Source: a virus
Taxonomy: Duplodnaviria; Caudoviricetes
Length of the DNA stretch: 64,000 bases
Virus record (IMG/VR): IMGVR_UViG_2799112265_000002
Span: 32,001-96,000 of that record
Reading direction: 5' to 3' (one strand)
A model generated the notes under the pieces. That model was given only the letters and a program-made list of their open reading frames with translations. It made no database searches and had not been told where the DNA came from. Both the position numbers and the translations under genes were made by a program. Of the stretch, positions 29,455 to 38,526 are shown piece by piece (the stretch's first letter is position 1; each line of letters starts with the position of its first letter).

Positions 29455-29569
29455 GCGTGCGCTCGAAGGAGTTCCGCGGCCAGATCGCCGCGATCAAGAA
29501 GGCCACGCCCAAGACCCCCGACCAGTCCATCCGTGACGCGCAGAAGACACAGGGAGCAGGTTCGTCGTA

Positions 29570-31159
29570 ATGCTCACGAAGAAGGAAATCGCCGCCCAGA
29601 ACCGGGACTTCAAGGCGACACAGAGGGGCGCAGCCGCGCAGATCAAGGCGGTCACCCCGCGCGCCAACAAGAAGACGCCCGGTCCGGGAGCGTACTTCGG
29701 AAGTGGCACCCCCGTCGCTCCCAAGGACACCCCGAAGGCCTCGGAAGTCGCTCCACCGGAGGGCTCCGGCATACCCGCGGTCACCCCCAGGCAGGAGAAG
29801 AAGGCCGCGGGGGTCAAGAAGCAGTTCAACAGCATCCGCGACACCTCGACCACGACGAAGAACCTGGCCAAGCGGCAAGCCCACGAGGCGGCCCACCCTG
29901 AGCGCTGGCAGTCCATCCAGGACCACCCGGGCGCCGGGTCGAACCCCCGCCAGTCCTACGGGCTGATGGGGAACACCGACAAGGCGCCGAACCTGCACGG
30001 CCAGCAGGAGCTGGAGGCCGTCAAGCGCGAGGGCAACACCTTCGTCTCTGACACCTCCGCCGATGTCTGGCACGGCCAGCACACCATGAACCCGACCCGG
30101 GACATGATGCCGGTGAACAAGCGGTGGGAGGACCACACTCCGGCGGAGCAGGCTCGTGTGCTGCGCTCGGCTGCGAAGTTCGGCGTCACCCCCGACTCCG
30201 CGCACCGTGCGCTGGCGGCCCAGGTGGACCGCGCCTACGCCCACGAGGGCGGGCACCACGACTCCTTCTACAGCCCGGCCGAGGACCACACCCGCGACGG
30301 CTCCCTGAGCCCGCGTGCGCGCCTGAAGGTGTCCGCGCAGGAGAATGGCGTCCCCTTCGGCGTCCAGGCCGCTGCGAACGCCATCACGTCCCCGCAGAAC
30401 GTCTTCGTGCGCCCGGACAAGAACACCGGCAAGGCCGTCTACCCGAACGACGAGGCCGCCTCCCACGCGATCCAGTGGGCGAAGTCGGGCAGGACCGGCG
30501 AGCAGTACGAGCGGCACCCGGACTACTACGTCCCGGCCGCCGACAAGGTGAAGAAGATCGTCACCTCGAAGTCCGGGCAGAAGAAGATGGAACTGGTGAA
30601 GCGGGACGACGACCCCCGCGCGTACCCGGTCAACGGCTACCCGGCCAACGCGAAGACGGCGATCGACGTCACCCACCAGGTCCTCAACGGCAAGCAGTTG
30701 TCGGACGCGTGGAAGCCGACTGCCGGCGAGAAGGTCTCGGCGTATCACAACTCGTGGGTCGACCCTCACGGCTCCAGCCAGTTCTGGGTGTCCGACACCC
30801 ACTCCGGCGGTGGCGCTTTCGCCCCGCACCTGGAGGACAAGAAGGGCTCCGGCAGCCAGCAGGCCTACATGGGCATCAAGGGCATCCACGCCTTCCACGA
30901 CCACATCGCGCGGAATGTGATGCAGGAGCGGGGCCTGAATTCGCTCACCAACATGCAGTCCGCCCAGTGGAGCGAGGAGAAGCGGCGCCGCGGCGACAAC
31001 CACGACGCATCGCTTAATACCTACGGCAAGAGCGGGCTTAATACCGAGGTCCACCCGGACCAAGGTCACCTGGAGGAGGGCGGTAGCAGCCTGTCCGCCC
31101 GCGGCATTGTTCCGAGCAGCAATGCGGTGGCCGCCGCTGTACGAGGACGGCGAAAGTAA
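29570..31159 (+). CDS. Basic protein with C-terminal HhH-glycosylase-like domain, paralogous to 50399-51034
   Basis: AITSPQN, KVSAYHNSWVDP, VSDTH and MQSAQW align with motifs of the 50.4-kb gene. Confidence 0.65.
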   Translation: MLTKKEIAAQNRDFKATQRGAAAQIKAVTPRANKKTPGPGAYFGSGTPVAPKDTPKASEVAPPEGSGIPAVTPRQEKKAAGVKKQFNSIRDTSTTTKNLAKRQAHEAAHPERWQSIQDHPGAGSNPRQSYGLMGNTDKAPNLHGQQELEAVKREGNTFVSDTSADVWHGQHTMNPTRDMMPVNKRWEDHTPAEQARVLRSAAKFGVTPDSAHRALAAQVDRAYAHEGGHHDSFYSPAEDHTRDGSLSPRARLKVSAQENGVPFGVQAAANAITSPQNVFVRPDKNTGKAVYPNDEAASHAIQWAKSGRTGEQYERHPDYYVPAADKVKKIVTSKSGQKKMELVKRDDDPRAYPVNGYPANAKTAIDVTHQVLNGKQLSDAWKPTAGEKVSAYHNSWVDPHGSSQFWVSDTHSGGGAFAPHLEDKKGSGSQQAYMGIKGIHAFHDHIARNVMQERGLNSLTNMQSAQWSEEKRRRGDNHDASLNTYGKSGLNTEVHPDQGHLEEGGSSLSARGIVPSSNAVAAAVRGRRK

Positions 31160-31162
31160 CCC

Positions 31163-31462
31163 ATGCAGAACGCAGATTCTGTCTACGACCGGTCGCATCC
31201 GTGGGATTCTCTTCCAGAGCGGATTCTCACGGACGCGCTCGGCGTCGCTGACATTCCGGGCGATGTGCTCGCACTCCAGAGCGCACCGCCCCCGGTCGTC
31301 CGGCCTCTGTTTCCTCCGAGGTTCGGATACAGGGATACGGCCCTGGGTATTCAGGACGTGCTCCAGGTAGACAAGACCTACCCGTCCCCTTCGGCGAACT
31401 TCTATACCGGAACCGAGGGCGGATATTCTGGAAGTCCACGGTCAACTATTGGGGGTTTCTGA
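31163..31462 (+). CDS. Hypothetical protein
   Basis: Tightly packed ORF. Confidence 0.65.
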   Translation: MQNADSVYDRSHPWDSLPERILTDALGVADIPGDVLALQSAPPPVVRPLFPPRFGYRDTALGIQDVLQVDKTYPSPSANFYTGTEGGYSGSPRSTIGGF

Positions 31463-31631
31463 TGGCCGGCAAGAAGGCGCACCGGGCAGATGACAAGCGA
31501 AACTCCGGCATGTCGCACAACGTGCCTCGTACGGCACGCGCGGGTTCCGTCGGCGCCGCGAAGCCAGCAGTGATGCACTTTTTCCACGACCGGCGCAGCG
31601 GATTCAACGGAAACGGAAAGCGAGCGAGGTA

Positions 31632-31880
31632 ATGGCATACGCCCCCACGCGTTCGATGAACGCAGAACTCAACGAAGGCGCCACGGACGGCAAGTACAAG
31701 AAGATCGTCGTCGACCGCGGCGGCCTCGGTGTGGCTGACTCGGCCACCGTGCGCCATCGCGTCGACCTCTACGACGTCTGGTACGGGCGTCACGAGGACG
31801 AGGTCAAGATCCGCCCCGACGGCCAGGCCGTGCACACCCCCAACTACGTCCAGACACCACCGAGCCAGGCAGGATTCTGA
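31632..31880 (+). CDS. Hypothetical protein
   Basis: GAGG RBS. Confidence 0.7.
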   Translation: MAYAPTRSMNAELNEGATDGKYKKIVVDRGGLGVADSATVRHRVDLYDVWYGRHEDEVKIRPDGQAVHTPNYVQTPPSQAGF

Positions 31881-31885
31881 GTCTG

Positions 31886-32869
31886 ATGTCCCTCCACGGA
31901 GTCGACCTCTCCAACAACAACGACGCGGCGCACGTCGCGTCCGCCATCGCGAGCAAGACCAACGCCTTCATCATCGCCAAGGCATCCGAGGGTGAGCACA
32001 CGGGCGACGCGAAGCACGCCGGCATCGTCAAGGCGGCCCGCACCGCACGGAAGGCCGTCGGCCACTACCACTTCGGGCACCCCACCCAGGACCCGATCAC
32101 CGAGGCCAAGCACTTCCTCGCCGCTGCCGGCGCGCAGGTGGGCGAGGTCCTGGCGCTCGACCTGGAGGCCTCCGAGGGCACCTGGCACCAGCGTCTCGAC
32201 TACGCGCTGAAGTTCCTGGCGTACGTGAAGGCGCAGACGAAGGCGTCTCCGCTGTTCTACACGTACACCTCGTACATCACCGGCCTGCTGTCGGTGGCGA
32301 CGGCCGAGCAGGCCAAGGAGTTGAAGGCCTACCCGCTGTGGGCGGCTGACCCGAACAACCCTGCCGGTCACCCGGCTATCGAGGGCTGGGGTGTGTGGAC
32401 GATCCACCAGTACGGGATCGTCAGCAACATCGACCAGAACATGCTGAACGGCGACCTTAATACCTGGAAGGCCCTGGCCATCCCGGCTCCGGCGCCCAAG
32501 CCTGCTCCGGCCCCTGCTCCGGCTCCCAAGCCGACCCCTGCTCCGGCCCCTGCTCCTGCTCCAACCCCTGTGAAGGCGTACACCATGGTCATCTTCGGTA
32601 TCGGCAGTGACGCGATGACGGCCGCCGCGGCTTGCGAGTCGTTCCAGCCCAAGGGTGCGGTCGCCACAGCCCGCCTGGACGTCGCCCAGGCTGCACTGAA
32701 GGCGGGTGACCAGGTCATCGCGGTCGGCGGCCCGGCCAACACCGCGATCGGCTTCAAGCACGCCAAGGCCGGCACCGTCGCCGTCTCCGGCAAGCAGATC
32801 GCCGTCCAGGGCGCCACGGCCGGCGACTCCTACGTCCTGCTCGGCCGCTACCTGGCCACCGGCAAGTAA
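31886..32869 (+). CDS. Endolysin: GH25 muramidase, Pro-Ala linker, cell-wall-binding domain
   Basis: GVDLS, IAKASEG, GHYHF, LDLE, IHQY, IDQN; (PA)n linker. Confidence 0.92.
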   Translation: MSLHGVDLSNNNDAAHVASAIASKTNAFIIAKASEGEHTGDAKHAGIVKAARTARKAVGHYHFGHPTQDPITEAKHFLAAAGAQVGEVLALDLEASEGTWHQRLDYALKFLAYVKAQTKASPLFYTYTSYITGLLSVATAEQAKELKAYPLWAADPNNPAGHPAIEGWGVWTIHQYGIVSNIDQNMLNGDLNTWKALAIPAPAPKPAPAPAPAPKPTPAPAPAPAPTPVKAYTMVIFGIGSDAMTAAAACESFQPKGAVATARLDVAQAALKAGDQVIAVGGPANTAIGFKHAKAGTVAVSGKQIAVQGATAGDSYVLLGRYLATGK

Positions 32870-32884
32870 CACGTTCTGCAAACG

Positions 32885-32932
32885 GCATCCCGGTTACGCC
32901 TTCCGAAGGCATAACCGGGATGCTATTGTTTT
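32885..32932 (+). terminator. Intrinsic terminator
   Basis: GCATCCCGGTTA...TAACCGGGATGC plus a T-rich tail. Confidence 0.7.
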
Positions 32933-32964
32933 GACGGTCAACAACCCCTTGAGGAAGGACACAC

Positions 32965-33450
32965 GTGAGCGAGCACGTACGGCTGCTGCTCTGCAAGACC
33001 TGCGGCTCCCTGGAGGAACTGCCGGACTACGAGGGCGACCCCAGGAACGACTACCTCCTCGACGCCCTGGTCAAGCGCCACCCCGACCACATCGCACACC
33101 CGATGATGCGGGTGGAGAAGAAGCACTGGGACTCCCCGTCCACCAAGGACGCGATCATCGCCCAGATCCGCGAGAAGACCGGCCACACCGGCCTCGACCC
33201 CGCGTTCTACAACGCCAAGAACACCTTCCAGGAGGACGCACACTCCTGCTGGCAGAAGCACCTGCGCAACCCCGGCTGCAACGACTACAAGACCGCGTCC
33301 AAGCGCCTCACCCCGGACACGGCCGCCGAACGCAAGGCCGCAGGCCTCCCGAAGTACCGCAGCGCCCAGGACCGCTACCTGTGCGAGTTCTGCCCCGTGC
33401 ACTCCCTCGTGGTCCAGGCGGCCCGCGAGAAGGCCGGACTCTACAAGTAA
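32965..33450 (+). CDS. Cys/His-rich zinc-binding protein
   Basis: CKTC, CWQKH, CND, CEFCP. Confidence 0.75.
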   Translation: MSEHVRLLLCKTCGSLEELPDYEGDPRNDYLLDALVKRHPDHIAHPMMRVEKKHWDSPSTKDAIIAQIREKTGHTGLDPAFYNAKNTFQEDAHSCWQKHLRNPGCNDYKTASKRLTPDTAAERKAAGLPKYRSAQDRYLCEFCPVHSLVVQAAREKAGLYK

Positions 33451-33479
33451 CCCCACCCGAACCACACTTGGAGCACAAC

Positions 33480-33860
33480 ATGCCTGACGTCCCGATCCTC
33501 GGCCAGACCTCCGCCCCGCTTAATACCGGCGACCTCACGCCCGAGCAGCGTGAGGTCCTGGCCAAGATGGCCGAGGAGAACCCGCCGGCCGAGGACGAGA
33601 TCGGCACCCCCGTCACCACGGCGTTCATCGTCGCCGTCGGCCTGGACGGAGCGGTCATCGCCACCGCCGACCTCACCGAGAAGTACGTGCCCCGCCGCGG
33701 CGCCACCCCCGACGACATCTACGGCGCGGCCTCCGTCGTCCTCAAGGACCTCCAGTCCATGGAGACGGCCCAGCGCACGCAGCAGGCCATGATGATGATG
33801 GGCCAGGCCATGCAGCGACAGGCCGAAGAGCAGCGGCTGCGCGCTTCCCTCAAGATCTGA
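33480..33860 (+). CDS. Hypothetical protein
   Basis: GGAG RBS; starts MPDVPILG. Confidence 0.7.
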   Translation: MPDVPILGQTSAPLNTGDLTPEQREVLAKMAEENPPAEDEIGTPVTTAFIVAVGLDGAVIATADLTEKYVPRRGATPDDIYGAASVVLKDLQSMETAQRTQQAMMMMGQAMQRQAEEQRLRASLKI

Positions 33861-33875
33861 GCGGAAATACCAACT

Positions 33876-33927
33876 GGAAAGCCCTCAGATTCCATTCCAT
33901 AGCGGAGCGGATTCTGGGGGCTTTCCC
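33876..33927 (+). terminator. Stem-loop
   Basis: GGAAAGCCCTCAGA...TCTGGGGGCTTTCC. Confidence 0.55.
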
Positions 33928-33949
33928 TATTCCAGCTAGAATCGAAACC

Positions 33950-34942
33950 ATGGCCGGATACGAGTTCTACCTCAATCGAGCAACGACCCAGGGCGCCCAG
34001 CCGGATTTTCACGCCGGAGCCTCCGGGTATTTCAGCGCGCCCCAGAGCGGACTCGACCCGCACATTTTCGACGGGGACCACATCAAGGCGGACGTCCGGG
34101 ACCACATCCTCGGCGTCTTCTACCACTTCCTGGACCTCCGGTACACCGGTCGTACCAGGTGGCTGGGCGTGTGGCTCGCCGGATCCGGCATCTCCTACCA
34201 GTGGGCCGGCGACCGCGGAAACGGCGACCTGGACGTGCTCTTCGGCATCGACTATCCAGAGTTCTGCCAGTCTAACCCGGCCTTCCAGGGAATGCCCGAG
34301 GACGAATTCGCCGACCTCCTTAATACCGACCTGAAGAAGACCCTGTGGCCCGCCACCGCGTCCACCAATTTCCACGGCCAGACGTACGAGGTCACCTACT
34401 ACCTCAACCCCGGCACCACCCGGGACTCCATCGCGGCAATTCACCCCTACGCCGCCTACAACCTCACCCACGGCCGCTGGGACATCCGGCCGCCGTCCCT
34501 GCCGTCCAACCCCCGGGACCTGTACCCGGCCGAGTGGTGGAAGCACATCGACGCCGAGCAGGCCCACGCCCACGTCCTCGTCGACCGCTACACCAAGCTG
34601 CGCTCGATGCTGGCCAGCACCCACCCCAACTCGCCGACCTTCAAGAACCTGATCACCTCCCAGCGCCTCGTCGTCGAGCAGGCCAAGACCCTCTTCGACG
34701 ACATCCACCTCGGCAGGAAGGCCGCCTTCGGTGCCGGGGGACAGGGCTACGGCGACTACGCAAACTTCCGCTGGCAGGCACACAAGGAGAGCGGCGTCGT
34801 CAACGCCCTGTCCACGCTGGCCACCGCGGACGTCGAGGCCCGCAAGGCAGCGGAGACCGAACAGTACGGGGCTCCACTCGACGACGCCGCCACGGCCCTG
34901 GCCAAGGCGGCTCTGTGGAACACCCCCTACCGGAGGTCGTAA
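33950..34942 (+). CDS. Pol-beta superfamily nucleotidyltransferase
   Basis: LAGSGISYQW...GDLDVL (GS + DxD). Confidence 0.75.
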   Translation: MAGYEFYLNRATTQGAQPDFHAGASGYFSAPQSGLDPHIFDGDHIKADVRDHILGVFYHFLDLRYTGRTRWLGVWLAGSGISYQWAGDRGNGDLDVLFGIDYPEFCQSNPAFQGMPEDEFADLLNTDLKKTLWPATASTNFHGQTYEVTYYLNPGTTRDSIAAIHPYAAYNLTHGRWDIRPPSLPSNPRDLYPAEWWKHIDAEQAHAHVLVDRYTKLRSMLASTHPNSPTFKNLITSQRLVVEQAKTLFDDIHLGRKAAFGAGGQGYGDYANFRWQAHKESGVVNALSTLATADVEARKAAETEQYGAPLDDAATALAKAALWNTPYRRS

Positions 34943-35793
34943 TGGCCAACCCAACCCGCAGCCCCTTCGCCGGCCCACAGTTCGAGCAGACCGCCCTGCC
35001 GGTACTGCGCGACACCCGCACGTCCCACGAGGCCAAGCAGCAGACCGCGCTGCGCGCCAAGTACCACCTGACCCGAGACATACCGCTGCACCTTCAGACG
35101 CACTACAAGCCCGGCGCGCTTAATATCTCGCATCCCGCACCCCACCCGGGCGGGATGCAGACCAAGGTCACCACCATCGGCTCCCCGCGGGACACCGACC
35201 TCATCCACGACGAGGAACGCGACAAGTACCCGCAAGCCGAGGGCCAGATGGTCATGGGCCCGCCACACAACCCGCAGCAGTTCGGACACCTGGACGGCCA
35301 CGGCAACGTCGTCGACCCCAAGATCGGCGACCGCTGGTTCGCCAAGCACGGACCGCAGATGTCCCCGGGCAACGAGACGTTCTGGAACAAGCACGCCAAG
35401 TTCCAGTCCATCAGCACCAGCTCGGTGCTGCACACCGGCCAGACCGCCTACGAGACCGGCTCCCACTCCTACATCACCGGCCCGCTCGCCCCCGACCACC
35501 CACACGTCAAGGTGGTCATCCAGGGAGGCACCCCGTACGTCGCCGACGCACACCACCGCCTCGCGGAAGCCCGCGGCCGAGGAGACACCCACGTAGGCGC
35601 CCACGTCCTCAACCTGGACCAGTTCAAGCCCGAACAGGGCCCGTTCATCACCAAGCGGACCCCCACCGAGGACATCAGCGACCACCTGGTGAAGGACCAC
35701 GGCTACAGCCCGCGCTTCCTCGGCCGGGCCGACGCCTTCCACATCCACGCAGACGCGCACCGCCAGGGCCTGCACGAGCACGATCACGGGTGA
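34942..35793 (+). CDS. His-rich protein with ParB/Srx-like domain
   Basis: TAATG coupling; VVIQGGTPYVADAHHRLAEARGRG resembles the ParB DGHHR motif. Confidence 0.6.
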   Translation: MANPTRSPFAGPQFEQTALPVLRDTRTSHEAKQQTALRAKYHLTRDIPLHLQTHYKPGALNISHPAPHPGGMQTKVTTIGSPRDTDLIHDEERDKYPQAEGQMVMGPPHNPQQFGHLDGHGNVVDPKIGDRWFAKHGPQMSPGNETFWNKHAKFQSISTSSVLHTGQTAYETGSHSYITGPLAPDHPHVKVVIQGGTPYVADAHHRLAEARGRGDTHVGAHVLNLDQFKPEQGPFITKRTPTEDISDHLVKDHGYSPRFLGRADAFHIHADAHRQGLHEHDHG

Positions 35794-35799
35794 CCCGAC

Positions 35800-36294
35800 A
35801 TGACAGCAACCGTAGCCATCGTCATCGAAGGCGTGCTGATGCGGGAAGTCGGAGACGCCGTCATCACCCAGGGCCAGCGCCTGTACTGGGGCCTGATGGA
35901 GTCCTACAAGGTCGCCCTGATCACCGATGACACCGACGTCGAGCCGGTCCAGCACTGGCTGAAGGTAAACGGCTTCAACAAGCACCCCTACCTCATCCCG
36001 GCACACCTCAAGGACCCCGAGGACGAGGGCCAGCGAAGGCTCAAGCAGATCTCCCGCCTGCGACAGGCCGGCTGCAACGTCGAGCTGGTCATCGAGCCCA
36101 ACCCGCAGATCGCCGCCTACCTCATGGCCCACGGCATCGGGGTCCTCAACTACCTGCACCCCAACTACAGCAACCCCCGGTTCCGCCCCGACTACCAGGA
36201 CACCGTCACCCCCTGGTCCGAGCTGGTCGGCGAGGTGGAGCGGCAGCGAGCACTACGCGAAGAAGACCCGAGACAACACATGGAGATCCTGTGA
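35800..36294 (+). CDS. HAD-fold-like protein (motif I degenerate)
   Basis: IVIEGVL...ALITD...QHWLKVNG...VIEPNP. Confidence 0.55.
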   Translation: MTATVAIVIEGVLMREVGDAVITQGQRLYWGLMESYKVALITDDTDVEPVQHWLKVNGFNKHPYLIPAHLKDPEDEGQRRLKQISRLRQAGCNVELVIEPNPQIAAYLMAHGIGVLNYLHPNYSNPRFRPDYQDTVTPWSELVGEVERQRALREEDPRQHMEIL

Positions 36295-36581
36295 CCGTCC
36301 CCCTGGTGATCGAGATCGCCCGCACGCTCAACGCCCTCGTCGGAGCGGCCTTCTCGGCCCTGCTCCTGCGGGCCACCCTCCCCGTCTGGCGCCAGCTCGG
36401 CGCCGCGGAGAAGTGGCTGGCCGCCGCCCTGTTCATCTACAGCGCCAACGTGTGCGTCTTCAGCGCCTTGTTCTGGACCTCGCCGACCTCCGGACGGTCC
36501 TGGATCAACGTCGGCTTCCTCATCAGCCTCCTCGCCGCGCACCGCTACCTCTACTTCGTCCGGAGGGACACCAGACCATGA
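36291..36581 (+). CDS. Small membrane protein
   Basis: Three hydrophobic segments; 4-nt overlaps. Confidence 0.7.
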   Translation: MTVPLVIEIARTLNALVGAAFSALLLRATLPVWRQLGAAEKWLAAALFIYSANVCVFSALFWTSPTSGRSWINVGFLISLLAAHRYLYFVRRDTRP

Positions 36582-38500
36582 ACGTCGGAAACATCAGCGC
36601 CATCGCCAACGGGTTCACATCGAGACTGAACCGGCTCCAGTTCCCGAACAACCCCCGCCCCGCCGCACAGCGCAGCACAGGCGGTCAGAACGCCCCCCAG
36701 AAGACCGCCGCACCGGCATCCAACCCTGGACAGGCCACCGCCGGCCCTGGCCGCGCCCGAGCCAACACCAGCGCCCCAGCCGCAGCCCCGGCCCCCGCCG
36801 GCCGCTCCCGCGCCAACACCCCGGCCCCGGCACCGTCCGCCGGCACGCGCCCTCGCCCCAACGCCCCGACGCCCACGGTCACCGCAGGAGACTTCCACTT
36901 CCAGCAGGCGATGGCCCGCTCGGCCGATCTGCTCCACCGAACGGACCGGACGAAGGCCAAGTCCCCCGAGGGCAAGTCCATCATGCGTGACGCCGACCGC
37001 GCCCGCGGAAGGGACTACGGCACCCTCGTCGCCCAGGACCGCGCGAACGTGGCAGGCGCCAGGGCCGACCTCAACTCCCACTTCGACGCTGTCAAGACGG
37101 AGATCTTCCGCAGCCACGTGTCCCGCACAGCGCAGCCGACCCCAACCCCTCAGCCGGCTTCTCCCGCGCAGCCGTCCCCGGCACCGAAGAAGGTTGCTGC
37201 GGCTCCCGTCCAGGGGTCGCAGAAGCCCTCCCCGGCTCCGGCGCCGGCCCCTGGCCGCGGAGCGGCGAAGCCCAAGCAGGTTCCAACCTCCCCGGTGAAC
37301 AGCGACCAGCAGTTCGACCAGAAGAACTACGCCCCGGCCGCCACGGCCGCTCCGCGTCCGACCCGGAAGTACACCCCTCCGCAGCCCGAGGCGCCAGCCG
37401 GAGGCATGCCGGCCGCACCCGCCAAGCCGAAGCCTGCCCAGAAGGCCACTCCGACGGTCAAGGCACCTGCCGTCCCGGAGCGCCTGTACTCCTCGGATTA
37501 CGGCGGTACGAAGGTGAAGGTCCAGGTGACCACGCCGGAGCACACCCGGGACGACGCCCAGACGTGGAAGGAGGTCGAGAAGGCCTACCCCAACGCGGAG
37601 TCCATCAGGGTCCACCACGCCGGTGGCACCTACTCCCTCATGAAGATGCGCGGCAACGCCCCGGAGCACTCCTCCAGCGCCATCAAGGGCCGCGAGGCGC
37701 TGATCCCGGACCTGCCTCGGAAGGAACGTTTCGCCAAGGGCAAGCCCGCCGCTCCCCGCGCCGAGGAGACCCCGGAGCACACCCGGTTCGAGGCGGGAGA
37801 GGGACAGATGGCCTTCGGGGACGAGCCTGCCGGTAAGCCCCCGAAGAAGGTGGAGGGCGTGAAGATGGCGGCCTCCAAGCGCCCGCAGACCTCGAAGTGG
37901 GGAGGCCTGCGACAGGAGAAGCCGACGCCCCCGCCCGTGCAGGTGCACCCCAAGCCGAAGGCGACCGTCCCGGCTCCGGTGAAGAACCCCCAGCAGTTCC
38001 CGTCGAGCGACGAGTTCAACAGCATGCTGAACGACGTCGTCAACGAGTCCAAGGCCCCGGCTGCTCCCGCCGAGCAGCCTGCCGCTTTGGCCAAGGCCGG
38101 GGTGCGCGAGACGCGGCTGAAGATAGGCGGTAAGGAGCAGGTCATCCGCACCGTCCACAACGGATCCACGGCGCAGTTGGAGGCCAAGCACACCCGGGCC
38201 GTGAAGGCGGCTCTGGCGAAGGCGCACGAACCCGAGGTGACGGCAGCGCAGCGCAGCCTGGACTCTGCCACCGCGATCGGCGCCAACAAGTCGACCATCG
38301 CCTCCCGCAAGTCGGAACTGGCCCAGGCGAAGCGGAAGGCCGCCGGATACAACCACGTCGACCCGTTCACCACGGCAGCCAAGGCGAAGCCCGCGAAGGT
38401 CCGGTACACGACCGAGGTGCCCGAGCACCTGAAGCCGTTCATGGGCGACGGCCCGGACGACCCGAACCAGTCCCGGTTCTACGGGATCGGCAAGAAGTAA
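36578..38500 (+). CDS. Large Pro/Ala/Lys-rich low-complexity protein
   Basis: GGAGG RBS; 640-aa open frame. Confidence 0.75.
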   Translation: MNVGNISAIANGFTSRLNRLQFPNNPRPAAQRSTGGQNAPQKTAAPASNPGQATAGPGRARANTSAPAAAPAPAGRSRANTPAPAPSAGTRPRPNAPTPTVTAGDFHFQQAMARSADLLHRTDRTKAKSPEGKSIMRDADRARGRDYGTLVAQDRANVAGARADLNSHFDAVKTEIFRSHVSRTAQPTPTPQPASPAQPSPAPKKVAAAPVQGSQKPSPAPAPAPGRGAAKPKQVPTSPVNSDQQFDQKNYAPAATAAPRPTRKYTPPQPEAPAGGMPAAPAKPKPAQKATPTVKAPAVPERLYSSDYGGTKVKVQVTTPEHTRDDAQTWKEVEKAYPNAESIRVHHAGGTYSLMKMRGNAPEHSSSAIKGREALIPDLPRKERFAKGKPAAPRAEETPEHTRFEAGEGQMAFGDEPAGKPPKKVEGVKMAASKRPQTSKWGGLRQEKPTPPPVQVHPKPKATVPAPVKNPQQFPSSDEFNSMLNDVVNESKAPAAPAEQPAALAKAGVRETRLKIGGKEQVIRTVHNGSTAQLEAKHTRAVKAALAKAHEPEVTAAQRSLDSATAIGANKSTIASRKSELAQAKRKAAGYNHVDPFTTAAKAKPAKVRYTTEVPEHLKPFMGDGPDDPNQSRFYGIGKK

Positions 38501-38526
38501 CCCAACGAGATTCGGAGAAACAACCC

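Noticed and set aside
32480-32570. Tandem CCGGCTCC/CCTGCT repeats (also 5625-5660)
   Set aside because: They simply encode Pro-Ala and Glu-Pro linkers.
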